A stretch of 64,000 nt of DNA from Deltaproteobacteria bacterium (GTDB taxonomy: Bacteria; Desulfobacterota; Desulfomonilia; UBA1062): contig JAHDRW010000028.1 in assembly GCA_018433085.1 (NCBI GenBank), positions 4,804 to 68,803 of the forward strand. The letters are read 5' to 3'. The translations under genes were made by a program, and so were the position numbers. Shown here in pieces: positions 45,229-54,997 of this stretch. Within the stretch, counting starts at the first letter, position 1; every line of letters begins with the position of its first letter. Under the pieces are notes generated by a model that was not told where the DNA came from, searched no databases, and worked only from the letters and a program-made list of their open reading frames with translations.

Positions 45229-45953
45229 GTGCGACGACCCCTGAATCCATTGAAAGCCCTCTCATCCGGCTGGAGGGCATCACCAAGGTGTACGGCTCGG
45301 GCACTGCGGCGGTTCACGCGCTCAAGGGCGTGGACCTGAAGATCGACAAGGGTGAGTTCGTTGCCGTGATGGGCCCCAGCGGATCGGGCAAGTCCACCTG
45401 CATGAACATTCTGGGTTGCCTGGACACGCCCACCGCGGGCGCTTACCGGTTCAAGGGCGCGGATGTGGGCGTCCTGTCGCGCGACCAGCGGGCGCTCCTG
45501 CGCAGGACCTTTCTCGGCTTCGTTTTTCAGGGCTTCAATCTCCTCAGTCGCACCTCGGCCCTGGAAAATGTCGAGCTCCCCCTGATCTATCGCGGCATCC
45601 CGGCCAGGGAGCGGCATGCAAAGGCACGGGACGCGCTTAAGGCGGTGGGGCTCGACGGGTGGGAATACCACACCCCGGCCGAGCTCTCGGGCGGACAGCA
45701 GCAGCGGGTGGCCATCGCCCGGGCCATGGTGATCGAGCCCGAGGTGCTCATGGCGGACGAGCCTACCGGCAACCTGGACTCCACCAGGAGCCGCGAGATC
45801 ATGGATCTGCTCTGCTCCTTCAACAGGGACAGGGGGGTGACCATCGTCATGGTCACCCACGATGCCCGCATGGCCGGATATGCCGGGCGCATCATCCGGT
45901 TCCTGGACGGCCTCATCGATTCGGAGGAACCCGGCAGGAGACACGCCTTATGA
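45225..45953 (+). CDS. ABC transporter ATP-binding protein (MacB/LolD-type)
   Basis: ATGA overlap. Walker A GPSGSGKST, Q-loop FVFQGFNL, signature LSGGQQQRVAIARA, Walker B LMADEPTGNLD. Confidence 0.9.
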   Translation: MSATTPESIESPLIRLEGITKVYGSGTAAVHALKGVDLKIDKGEFVAVMGPSGSGKSTCMNILGCLDTPTAGAYRFKGADVGVLSRDQRALLRRTFLGFVFQGFNLLSRTSALENVELPLIYRGIPARERHAKARDALKAVGLDGWEYHTPAELSGGQQQRVAIARAMVIEPEVLMADEPTGNLDSTRSREIMDLLCSFNRDRGVTIVMVTHDARMAGYAGRIIRFLDGLIDSEEPGRRHAL

Positions 45954-47161
45954 TCTGGGAGACCGTCATACTGGCGCTGCGCGCCATCCGGCGCAATGTT
46001 CTGCGGTCGTTTCTCACCGTTTTGGGCATCGTGATCGGCGTGGCCGCGGTCATCACCATGGTCACCCTGGGAGACGGTGCCACCGAGCAGGTGAGGGCCG
46101 ACATATCGAGCCTGGGCAGCAACATGCTCCAGGTCCGGCCCGGTCAGGGGTTCCGGGGACCCGGCGGCGTGAGGATGTTTGCCGAGAGGTTCGAGATCTC
46201 CGACGCGCAGGCCATCGAACGGGAGATCGCGGGTCTCCAGGCCGTGGCGCCCATGACGGATCAGTCCGCGCAGGCCATCTATGGAAACCGGAACTGGTCC
46301 ACCTCGGTCATGGGAAGCACGAATGACTATCTCGCTGTCCGCGACTGGCCGCTCGAACAGGGACGTGTCTTTACCGAAGCCGAGCTGAAATCCGGCAGGG
46401 CGGTGTGCATCCTGGGTGCCACCATTGTCAAAGAGCTCTTCGGGGATCAGGACCCCCTGGGGGCCTTTATCCGGCTGGACAGGCTCTCCTGCCAGGTGGT
46501 GGGCGTTCTTGCGTCAAAGGGTCAGTCGAGCTTCGGACAGGATCAGGACGATCTGGTGATGGTTCCCATCAGGACGCTGCAGAGGCGCATTGCAGGCAAT
46601 ACGGACGTGAAGGCGGTCATGGTCTCCGCCATGGACGGTGTTTCCACCGAGACGGTAAAGGGGGATATCGAACGCCTGATGCGCGAGCGGCGCCGCATCC
46701 CTGTGGGACAGGACGACGATTTTCACGTTCGCGACATGCAGGAGATCGTAAGCGCGCTCACGAGCACCACCCGGGTGCTCACCGCCCTGCTGGGCGCGGT
46801 GGCTGCGGTGAGCCTGCTGGTGGGCGGCATCGGGATCATGAACATCATGCTGGTCTCGGTCACGGAGCGCACACGCGAGATCGGCACGCGCCTGGCGATC
46901 GGCGCCCGGGAGAACGAAGTGCTCATGCAGTTCCTGATCGAGGCGGTGGTGCTCTCGTCCCTGGGCGGGCTCTTCGGCATCGCCCTGGGCCTCGGCGCAG
47001 CGGCCCTGGGGGCCCACCTGCTCGGGATGCCCTTTGTGCTCAACCCGGGCATCGTGGTCCTGGCCTTTGTGTTCTCCGCCTCTGTGGGGGTGGTCTTCGG
47101 GTTTTTCCCGGCACGCCGGGCGGCACGCATGGACCCCATCGAGGCCCTGCGGCACGAGTGA
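45950..47161 (+). CDS. ABC transporter permease (MacB/FtsX-type with periplasmic MacB_PCD domain)
   Basis: ATGA overlap at 45950. MIWETVILALRAIRRNVLRSFLTVLGIVIGVAAV opening and C-terminal FtsX motif (ERTREIGTRLAIGAR..VL.QFL.EA). Confidence 0.9.
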   Translation: MIWETVILALRAIRRNVLRSFLTVLGIVIGVAAVITMVTLGDGATEQVRADISSLGSNMLQVRPGQGFRGPGGVRMFAERFEISDAQAIEREIAGLQAVAPMTDQSAQAIYGNRNWSTSVMGSTNDYLAVRDWPLEQGRVFTEAELKSGRAVCILGATIVKELFGDQDPLGAFIRLDRLSCQVVGVLASKGQSSFGQDQDDLVMVPIRTLQRRIAGNTDVKAVMVSAMDGVSTETVKGDIERLMRERRRIPVGQDDDFHVRDMQEIVSALTSTTRVLTALLGAVAAVSLLVGGIGIMNIMLVSVTERTREIGTRLAIGARENEVLMQFLIEAVVLSSLGGLFGIALGLGAAALGAHLLGMPFVLNPGIVVLAFVFSASVGVVFGFFPARRAARMDPIEALRHE

Positions 47162-47482
47162 GACGCCCCGGCTCCGGGAATTCAGCCTATCCCCTATTTC
47201 AAGCCCGGTTCTTCGCGGTATTCCTCTGGTATCGTCAAGAGGGGGCCTTGTTTTCAAGTGACATTGGCTTTCCGTTCCCAGAGCTTATCATGAATTACAT
47301 CCAGGGCTCCAAAAAGACCGCACACCCTTAAAAACCGGAGGATGCCCGGAATGTGCGTCGTGATGAGTGTACGTAAGTGAGACCAAAGTGCGCCCCCGGG
47401 TGTCCGTGGAATGAGCGGAGCGACGCCCGGTTCCCCTTCTCGAGGGAAAGGGCGGCTCTTTTCGCGAACCAGGAGGACATGC

Positions 47483-48319
47483 ATGAACGATGCCTGGAAC
47501 ATACTGTGGTTGCTGCTCATTGCAGCCATCCTCGTCCCCGTCGTCCAGCAGAAACTGATGCGGGTCAGACGGATGCGGCTCATCAGGACCATCGAGAAGA
47601 AGCGCAGTTCCCGCGTCATCACCCTCATCCACCGGCAGGAAACCATGAAGCTCTTCGGGATCCCCCTCATGAGGTACATCGACATCAACGACTCCGAGGA
47701 TATCCTGCGGGCGATCAGGTTCACGCCTGAGGACATGCCCATTGACGTTATCGTCCACACCCCGGGCGGGCTCGTGCTCTCATCGGAGCAGATCGCCATG
47801 GCCCTGAAGCGGCACAGGGCAAAGGTGACCATCTTCGTCCCGCACTACGCCATGTCCGGCGGAACCCTGCTGTGCCTTGCGGCAGACGAGGTTGCCATGG
47901 ACGGCAACGCTGTTCTGGGACCGGTGGACCCCCAGGTGGGAAAGTACCCGGCCGTTTCCGTCTTGGCGGCGGTGGAGAAAAAGGAACCCAAGGACATCGA
48001 CGATGAGACCTACATCATGGCCGATATCTCGCACAAGGCGCTCAGGCAGATGAGGGAGTTCGTGGAAATCATTCTCTCGGGCGAGAGAGGCCACGAAGAT
48101 GTGGAAAAGATCGTGAAGGCCCTCACCGAAGGCAGGCGGACGCACGATCACCCGATCTTCCTCGAGGATGCGAAAAGGCTGGGGATCAACGTGACCGACC
48201 GCGTCCCGGGCGACATCTACCGGCTCATGGAGCTGTTCCCCCAGGCCGAGCAGCAACGGCCCTCGGTACAGTACGTACCCGTTCCCTACAAGGATGACGG
48301 GCGCGAACCAAAGGAATAG
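47483..48319 (+). CDS. SDH-family ClpP-fold serine protease (membrane-anchored)
   Basis: AGGAGG SD 6 nt before the ATG at 47483. N-terminal TM, then ITLIHRQE...IDINDSEDILRAIR......PIDVIVHTPGGLVLSSEQIA.AL..H...VTIFVPHYAMSGGTLLCLAADE, characteristic of the serine dehydrogenase proteinase family. Confidence 0.7.
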   Translation: MNDAWNILWLLLIAAILVPVVQQKLMRVRRMRLIRTIEKKRSSRVITLIHRQETMKLFGIPLMRYIDINDSEDILRAIRFTPEDMPIDVIVHTPGGLVLSSEQIAMALKRHRAKVTIFVPHYAMSGGTLLCLAADEVAMDGNAVLGPVDPQVGKYPAVSVLAAVEKKEPKDIDDETYIMADISHKALRQMREFVEIILSGERGHEDVEKIVKALTEGRRTHDHPIFLEDAKRLGINVTDRVPGDIYRLMELFPQAEQQRPSVQYVPVPYKDDGREPKE

Positions 48320-48528
48320 CGCGCAGGCCGGGTTTTTCTTCCTGTGCTTCCCGGGAAGGACCGGTTGATTTTCTTATCGCCCGTGTTACTTAACTCACTA
48401 TATCTCGAAAGAAGCACATCTCTCCCTTCATGCTGGAACATGATTGCCGGCGTGAATTCTCCAAGCAGCGGCTTCATGCCCGCGAATGCGCGCGGTCCTC
48501 TTTTCGGGAGAGATCCAAGGAGGTACGG

Positions 48529-48816
48529 ATGCAGACGTATATAATCCTGAGCAAGCTGTCCCCCGATGCGCTCAAAGAGCCTGTCATCTACCGGGAGATG
48601 GCGGCCAGGGTTTCGAAGAAGATCAAGGATGAATGCCCCGAGGTCCACTGGAAGCAGAGCTTTGCCGTGCTGGGACGCTTCGATGTGGTGGATGTCGTGG
48701 AGTCGGACAACCCCAAGCAGGTGGAGAAGGCCGCCATGATCATCCGGGCCTTCGGCAACTCCACCACCGAGACCCTGTTCGCCACCCCGTGGCATGAGTT
48801 TCTTGACATGCTGTAA
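48529..48816 (+). CDS. GYD-domain protein
   Basis: AAGGAGG SD. 95 aa. MQTYIILSKLSP......E...............CPEV.W..SFAVLGRFDVVDVVE.D......KAAMIIRAFGNSTTETL fits the GYD family. Confidence 0.7.
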   Translation: MQTYIILSKLSPDALKEPVIYREMAARVSKKIKDECPEVHWKQSFAVLGRFDVVDVVESDNPKQVEKAAMIIRAFGNSTTETLFATPWHEFLDML

Positions 48817-49118
48817 CCGGCTCCGGTATCAGCGGCAAGGAATTTTTGAGAACATTTGCCATGCCACGATTGCCTCAGACAGGCCGACCGCCCGGATGTG
48901 CGTTCACGGGCCGGTCGTGACCGGCCTGTATCTCCGGTCTGCCATTCCGTTTCGTACTTCCGCTCTGCCTTCCTCCGGCAGGTTTTTAAGCCGCAGGGGA
49001 CTGTTTCTTCTGAATAAATTTCCTCGGGCAGGGCCGGACACGCTATTCTTCCCCTGCCGTTGTTCTTGATATGAAAGGGCAGGGTACTTAGTATTTAGCT
49101 TACTGGAGGAGGTTTACC

Positions 49119-50339
49119 ATGATGTACCTATTTCACATTCGATCTCTCAAATCACTCGCCTTTCTCACACTCGCGGTTCTCCTCTCGTCGTGCAGCAGCG
49201 ACAGCCACGATCACGATCCCCAGGCGGAGAGCAGCACCGGTCCCGGAGGCGTGCTCTCATCCATCGCCGTCACCCCGGGAAACTCGAGCATCGGCATGCA
49301 GCAGACCAGGCAGTTTACCGCCGTGGGCATCTACAGCAACGGCTCTTCCGAGAATCTGACAGATTCCGTGACCTGGTCCACATCCGACGAGAATATCGTC
49401 AGCATCAGCGAAACCGGCCTGGCCACCGCCCATGCGGAAGGCGACGCGACCATCACCGCCACCATGGACGGCGCCTCGGGCTCTACCCTCGTGAGGGTGT
49501 CTCTCTCGGACGCCACGGACCCCTCACCTCCGGAAAATCCCGATTCTCTCCCCGGCGTCTCGACCGTCATTATCGACCACACCGCCACGAATATCGATGC
49601 CGTGCCGGCTGAATGGATCGAGAAGGCCGCAGAGAGCCTGTGCATCGCCTATGGCCATACCTCCCACGGGAGCCAGATCATCGACGGCATGACCGGGCTG
49701 GTGGATTTCAGGGGAAGCAGCTATGCCTTCAACGCAAGCGGCGCCGGAGGCGCGCTCGAGCTACGCGACACGCCGTTTCCGGGAGCGAACGATCTCGGCA
49801 GCCCGAGCCGCACTGCATGGGCCGGGGCCACCCGGACCTATCTGGACGCGCACCCCGAGGTCAATGTGGTCATGTGGTCATGGTGCGGCCAGGTTTCCGA
49901 CGCCACGGAGGCGGACATCAATACCTATCTGAACCTCATGGATACCCTGGAGGGTGAGTATCCCGAGGTGCGGTTCGTCTACATGACCGGCCATCTCGAC
50001 GGTACCGGTCTCGAAGGGAACCTGCACCGGAGGAACGAGCAGATCCGGCAATACTGCAGGGAGAACGGTAAAATACTCTATGATTTTGAAGACATCGAAA
50101 CCTACGACCCGGACGGCGTCTTCTACGGCGACAGGTATCCGAACGACGCCTGCGCGTACGACTCCGACGGCGACGGGAGCCGTGATGCAAACTGGGCCAT
50201 CCAGTGGCAAAATGCCCATGTGGAGGGCCAGGACTGGTATGACTGCTATTCGGCGCACTCCCAGCCGCTCAATGCAAATCTCAAGGCCTATGCGGCATGG
50301 TCGCTCTGGGCGAGGATCGCGGGGTGGAACGGGCGGTAG
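49119..50339 (+). CDS. lipoprotein with Big_2 (bacterial Ig-like) domain and uncharacterised C-terminal domain
   Basis: GGAGGAGG SD and lipobox LLSSC. The Big_2 pattern is IAVTPGNSSIGMQQTRQFTAVGIYSNGSSENLTDSVTWSTSDENIVSISETGLATAHAEGDATITAT. The C-terminal ~270 aa were not recognised. Confidence 0.65.
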   Translation: MMYLFHIRSLKSLAFLTLAVLLSSCSSDSHDHDPQAESSTGPGGVLSSIAVTPGNSSIGMQQTRQFTAVGIYSNGSSENLTDSVTWSTSDENIVSISETGLATAHAEGDATITATMDGASGSTLVRVSLSDATDPSPPENPDSLPGVSTVIIDHTATNIDAVPAEWIEKAAESLCIAYGHTSHGSQIIDGMTGLVDFRGSSYAFNASGAGGALELRDTPFPGANDLGSPSRTAWAGATRTYLDAHPEVNVVMWSWCGQVSDATEADINTYLNLMDTLEGEYPEVRFVYMTGHLDGTGLEGNLHRRNEQIRQYCRENGKILYDFEDIETYDPDGVFYGDRYPNDACAYDSDGDGSRDANWAIQWQNAHVEGQDWYDCYSAHSQPLNANLKAYAAWSLWARIAGWNGR

Positions 50340-50369
50340 CGGAACATCCGCCGGGAGAGGGTGCAAGGC

Positions 50370-51542
50370 ATGGGTCTCCATCTTTTCGGAGAGGCCCTTC
50401 AAAGAACCGACATGTACCTTTTGCCTGAAGACACGGCCGGGGCGGCTGTCCACCCAATCAACGGGATTGCCCGGATGCCGCTTTCGCAGATCGGACGTCT
50501 CTGCTGCATGATCGACCGGGACAGGCGCCGGCGGGGCAGGGCGCTCGACACGATAGGGCTCGGCCCCAGGGAGACCCCGTCGGAGACCGTGCTGGCAGGG
50601 CCGTCGTTCACGCTGAGGTCGTATGGAGACGCAGGGAGCGAAGGGCGAGCGGTGCTCATTGTTCCGGCGCCCATCAAACGGGCGTATATCTGGGATCTCG
50701 ATCCGCAGATCAGCGTGGTGAGGCGGTTCCTGAAGCAGGGTATCCGGGTCCGGCTCATCCGCTGGGAGATGCCGGGGATTCGGGAGCAGGGGCTCGGTCT
50801 GGCCCATTATGCCGGGCAATGCATCCTCGACTGCCTGGACGCCATGAAACCCGGGTTGGGGGAAAAAAAGCCTTTTCTGGCAGGGCATTCTCTGGGTGGC
50901 ACCTTTGCCGCGATCTTCGCCTCCCTGCATCCCGATATGGTCGGGGGGCTCGTTCTGCTTGGCGCCCCGATCAGGTTCGGACCCGGTATGGGGGCGATCG
51001 ATTCTCTGGTGGCCTGTGCCCCGGATGCCCGAGTGTTCCCCTTTGTGCCGGGAAATGTCCCTGGCTGGTTACTCAGCGCCATGAGCACCTTGGCATCTCC
51101 ATCGAGTTTTCAGACCGAACGGTGGGTCGACTGGCAGGCGAGCCTGCCTGACCCCCGGCTGCTGGCGACGCACGTGAAGGTACAGCGCTGGACCTTGGAC
51201 GAGCTGCCCATGCCCGGGTTGATCTTCCAAGAGATCATGGAAAGGCTCTACCGCCGGGACTGCTTTATGAGCTCCACGCTCGAGATCGACGGTACACTCG
51301 CCTCGCCCCTGAACGTCAGGGCCCCGATCCTCACGGTGGCGGACAGGCGCTCGGTGCTGGTTCCGCCGGAGGCATCCCTGCCGCTGCACGACATCGCCGG
51401 GAGCCAGGCGAACCGGGTGCTCTGGTACGAGGAAGAGCAGGGGGTCGCATTGCAGCACGTGGGGATGCTGGTGGGCAGGAAGGCCCACCGCTCACTGTGG
51501 CCCGGGATCCTCAGGTGGATCGAAGAGTGTGATGAGGCCTGA
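50370..51542 (+). CDS. alpha/beta hydrolase related to PHA synthase (PhaC) N-terminal family, Ser in place of the catalytic Cys
   Basis: VLIVPAPIKRAYIWDLDPQISVVRRFLKQGIRVRLIRW resembles the PhaC core. The lipase box is GHSLGG, not GxCxG. Candidate Asp (VADRRS) and His (LQHVG) residues lie downstream. Start uncertain (50361, 50370 or later). Confidence 0.6.
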   Translation: MGLHLFGEALQRTDMYLLPEDTAGAAVHPINGIARMPLSQIGRLCCMIDRDRRRRGRALDTIGLGPRETPSETVLAGPSFTLRSYGDAGSEGRAVLIVPAPIKRAYIWDLDPQISVVRRFLKQGIRVRLIRWEMPGIREQGLGLAHYAGQCILDCLDAMKPGLGEKKPFLAGHSLGGTFAAIFASLHPDMVGGLVLLGAPIRFGPGMGAIDSLVACAPDARVFPFVPGNVPGWLLSAMSTLASPSSFQTERWVDWQASLPDPRLLATHVKVQRWTLDELPMPGLIFQEIMERLYRRDCFMSSTLEIDGTLASPLNVRAPILTVADRRSVLVPPEASLPLHDIAGSQANRVLWYEEEQGVALQHVGMLVGRKAHRSLWPGILRWIEECDEA

Positions 51543-51543
51543 A

Positions 51544-53877
51544 TCAGCCGCGTTTCCGACCCGAAGAGGCCGGAACGGGTTCCGCGAGGGTTTCCCATGG
51601 CGAATCACCCGGTCTCCCTGTCTCCTTCTCGAAGAATCTCCTGAAAACCAGGAGCAGGGACGAGAGCACGAACAGGTCGCAGATCAGCGCGATGAACAGT
51701 GTGAGCGAGAGCAGCAGCCCGAAATCACGTGAAGGCTGGAAGCCGGAGACGATCACCACGGAGAAGCTCGCCACGATGATCACCGTGGTGAAGATCAGGG
51801 CCCTGCCCACGAGGATGGTGGCCTTTCTCAGAGCGACGTGGAACGTGTTCCTTCCCCCCGCGAGCTCCCTGCGGAACCGGGAGATCAGATGGATGGTGTC
51901 GTCCACGGCAATCCCTAATGCCACGGAAGAGATCATGACCGTTCCCACGTTCAGGCTGATGCCCGCCCAGCCCATGATTCCGATGACGAACATGATGGGG
52001 AGCAGGTTGGGAAGCAGGGACAAAAGACCGAACCGTATCGAGAACAGGATGAGAAAGAGCATCCCGAACACCAGGACGAACGCCAGCGAGAACGACTTGA
52101 TCTGGCTCTCCACGATGTACTTGTCCAGCATGCTCAGGAGGTACGACGAGCCGGTGACGGATATGCGCAGGCCCTCCACCCCGGCGTACGCTGTCTTTGC
52201 CAGGGCGAGTATCTTATCGGAGATGATGCGGCCTTGCTCGGAGCTTCCGTAGGAGAGCTTTACGGCGATCCTTCCCTTGGAGAAGTCATGGCTCGCCACC
52301 CGCTCCAGCTCCTCGGTTCCGGTTTCCGAGAAGCTCAGCAGCAGGATTTCCTGGGCGATGAGCTCCCGTGAGTCCGGAATCCGGTACTCGTCGGGCGAGC
52401 CTTCGTTCAGCGCCCTGTTGAGCGCCTTGACGTAACCGGCAAGCGAGATGACCTTCTTCACCTCGGGCATTGCCTCGATATCCAGCACCAGCGCGTCCAT
52501 GCGGGAGAGGATGCCGGGTTGCATCATGAGATCGCTTTCACCCTCGATGATGACCTCCAGGGTGCCGATACCGGTGAGCTCCCGGTCCAGGGTTTTGGCG
52601 TTGCGGTACATGGCGCTGTCCCGGGGGAACCACTCCAGCTCGTTGGTCTCGATCCGCACCCGGTTCATGCCGAGCACCGCGATGGCAAGGGCTGCCGCGG
52701 TCATGAAGAGAATGAGCCGGGAGTGCCTTTCGTTGATCCGGAACACCGTGGCCAGCAGATGTCCCCAGTACTTGTGCGGTATCTTCCGGTGTGCTGGCGT
52801 CAGCGAAAGCATGAGCGGCACGATGCACAGGGAGATGACGAAGCCGAACATCACCCCTGCCGCGGAAACCATACCGAAGTGCCGCACCGCGCTGATGGGG
52901 CTGGTGGTCAGCGACAGCAGCCCCATGGACGTGGTGATGGAGGTGTGGAAACAGGGTGTGGTGATGTAGGAGACCGCATTGATGAACGAGCGTTCCGCGC
53001 TCCCCTTCTCCCGCACCTCTTCGAAATATTCCATGATATGGACCGTGTTGGACACGGAGAGTATGATGATCAGCGGGATGATCATCCCGCTCAGGGCATT
53101 GAAGCTCAAGCCGAGAAGCGAGTGGAACCCGAGTGTCCAGCAGAGGCTCATGAGAATGACGGCCACGGCAATGCCGATTTTGACCGGGGACCGGAAGAGT
53201 ACATAAACGATGACCACGATAATGGAAAGGCCGAGTATGGGCAGGATGGTCTCGTTCTGCTCGGTCACCCGGTTGAACTCGTGGTTGACCATGATATCGC
53301 CGGAGAGGAAGGTGTCGACCCCCGCCGGCCTGCCCTGCTCCATGCATGCCTCCACCTGGCTGACGGTCTGCGCCATCTCCCGGGCGTCCATGTCGTCGAA
53401 AACCAGCACGATGGCGCCCAGCGTGCCCGACCGCGAGACGAGATACCCGGCGAAGAGCTCGTCCTCGAGCGCATACCGTCTGATCGTGTCCGTGTCCGTA
53501 CTCTCGAGGTTTTTTAGCAGGGGGTTGATCTCCATGCCCTCGGCGGTTCCGATGATCTTGCTGGCCGTGGCCAGGCTGTAGGCCTGCTTTACGCGTTCAA
53601 GACCCTTGAGTTCCTCGGTCTTCAGGCGGAGATAGCCCAGGCTCTCCCGGGTGAAGAGCTCCCCGGCCTGCACGGCAACGATGAGATACCTGCTTCCCTC
53701 GAAGGTGTCCCGGAAGGCCTGGTAGTTGACGGAAACCGGGTCGTCGGGTGAAAACCACGAGCTGATAGAGTTTTCCATCTCCATGGAGATGGACAGCCCG
53801 AAGAAGGCGGTCAGGGCGAGGGTCAGGACACACAGGGCGTATCTGGCCCGGAAGAGGATGTGCGCGATAATTTCCAC
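51544..53877 (-). CDS. MMPL/RND-superfamily transporter (HpnN-like, two SSD-type 6-TM bundles)
   Basis: 777 aa with a duplicated architecture: TM, large loop, then 5 TM, twice. MMPL-like motifs are present (SLCWTLGFHSLLGLSFNALSGMIIPLIIILSVSNTVH; GIAVDDTIH). GTG start with a weak SD. Confidence 0.85.
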   Translation of the reverse strand: MEIIAHILFRARYALCVLTLALTAFFGLSISMEMENSISSWFSPDDPVSVNYQAFRDTFEGSRYLIVAVQAGELFTRESLGYLRLKTEELKGLERVKQAYSLATASKIIGTAEGMEINPLLKNLESTDTDTIRRYALEDELFAGYLVSRSGTLGAIVLVFDDMDAREMAQTVSQVEACMEQGRPAGVDTFLSGDIMVNHEFNRVTEQNETILPILGLSIIVVIVYVLFRSPVKIGIAVAVILMSLCWTLGFHSLLGLSFNALSGMIIPLIIILSVSNTVHIMEYFEEVREKGSAERSFINAVSYITTPCFHTSITTSMGLLSLTTSPISAVRHFGMVSAAGVMFGFVISLCIVPLMLSLTPAHRKIPHKYWGHLLATVFRINERHSRLILFMTAAALAIAVLGMNRVRIETNELEWFPRDSAMYRNAKTLDRELTGIGTLEVIIEGESDLMMQPGILSRMDALVLDIEAMPEVKKVISLAGYVKALNRALNEGSPDEYRIPDSRELIAQEILLLSFSETGTEELERVASHDFSKGRIAVKLSYGSSEQGRIISDKILALAKTAYAGVEGLRISVTGSSYLLSMLDKYIVESQIKSFSLAFVLVFGMLFLILFSIRFGLLSLLPNLLPIMFVIGIMGWAGISLNVGTVMISSVALGIAVDDTIHLISRFRRELAGGRNTFHVALRKATILVGRALIFTTVIIVASFSVVIVSGFQPSRDFGLLLSLTLFIALICDLFVLSSLLLVFRRFFEKETGRPGDSPWETLAEPVPASSGRKRG

Positions 53878-54407
53878 TTTCCAGCACTAACTGCGCGAAA
53901 TCCGCATGTCTTAAAAACCCTCCTCGCGGGCTCAACCCGCCCTCGGGCGGGATCTCTCCCGGCGGACGGGGATGCCCGCCGCCGGAGGCCCTCCCTGGTA
54001 ACCCCGGGGTCTCGTCGCTTCGAGGCCCTGCTGTTTTCCCGCTGACGCGAAAGGATTCGTCGACCAGGGGAAAAGAGTTCCCCGCATGCCCCTCTCCCCT
54101 TTGGCCGGGTAATCCATCGAGGGCCTTCCCGGGCCCGGATTTGACGGGTGCATGCCCCGGACAACAGCACCATAGTCCAATAAATACAGATATCATAATA
54201 TCACAGGATCCTATGAAATCCAGGGCATAGATTGGGCCGGCATATTTTTCTGGCATCCGGGAAGACGAAAGTTTGCCCTTTCCATCCGGGCGGGTCCTGG
54301 GATAATACTGATCCGGAAAATAAAGCACTGAACCGAATTCCGGGAAGGAACCGTGTGTAATCCGGAAGAATCGGATACCGGGGCGGTAAGGCGCATTGAG
54401 AAAGATT

Positions 54408-54890
54408 ATGGGGGTGTTGACTACCGTGAACGTACAGCCTGCGACCATCGAGGATTTCGAGAGCTGGCTCGACCTGGCCGGCGAAGTGGAGCACCTGTTC
54501 GGGGCCATGGTCGACGAGCCGTCGTTTCGCGACGCCCTGAAGGAGTCGATCCGAGAAGGGCGATCGTTCTGTGTGAGAGAGGGCGATGCCGGGCCCGGCG
54601 CGCCTCTGCTCGGCGGTATCGTGATCATATTTTCCCGCAACGAGATCGAGTGGTTCGCCGTGTCCGGGAGGTGCCGCGGCAAAGGGGTGGGGAAGGCCCT
54701 GCTGACCCATGTCCTCACCTTGCTGGATGCCCGCAGGGACATCACGGTCAGGACCTTTGACCACTCGTCGGAAGAGGGGAGGCCGGCGCGCCGGCTCTAC
54801 CGCGCGTTCGGCTTCCGCGATCACGGCTCGTACGGACCCACCCCAACGGGATTTTCCACCGTGGTCATGCTTCGGCAGAAAGAGGGGTAG
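54408..54890 (+). CDS. GNAT family N-acetyltransferase
   Basis: Acetyl-CoA binding motif FAVSGRCRGKGVGKALL and C-terminal RLYRAFGF. The ATG at 54408 is preferred over the TTG at 54396. Confidence 0.8.
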   Translation: MGVLTTVNVQPATIEDFESWLDLAGEVEHLFGAMVDEPSFRDALKESIREGRSFCVREGDAGPGAPLLGGIVIIFSRNEIEWFAVSGRCRGKGVGKALLTHVLTLLDARRDITVRTFDHSSEEGRPARRLYRAFGFRDHGSYGPTPTGFSTVVMLRQKEG

Positions 54891-54997
54891 CGCGGCATGC
54901 CGTCCGGACGGGCGGAAACAGGGTGTATCCGGGCGTGATCGGCAAGCGCTGGAGGTGACGGCCTAGAGGAGTTGTCCCTTTTCTCCTTATCTTATAC

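Noticed and set aside
49878-50930. 350-aa minus-strand ORF
   Set aside because: It is antisense to the Big_2 lipoprotein and the PhaC-like hydrolase, and its composition is that of an artefact.
53597-54745. 382-aa minus-strand ORF spanning the MMPL 5' end, the intergenic region and the GNAT gene
   Set aside because: It overlaps two supported genes on both strands, is Pro/Arg/Gly-rich and has no SD.
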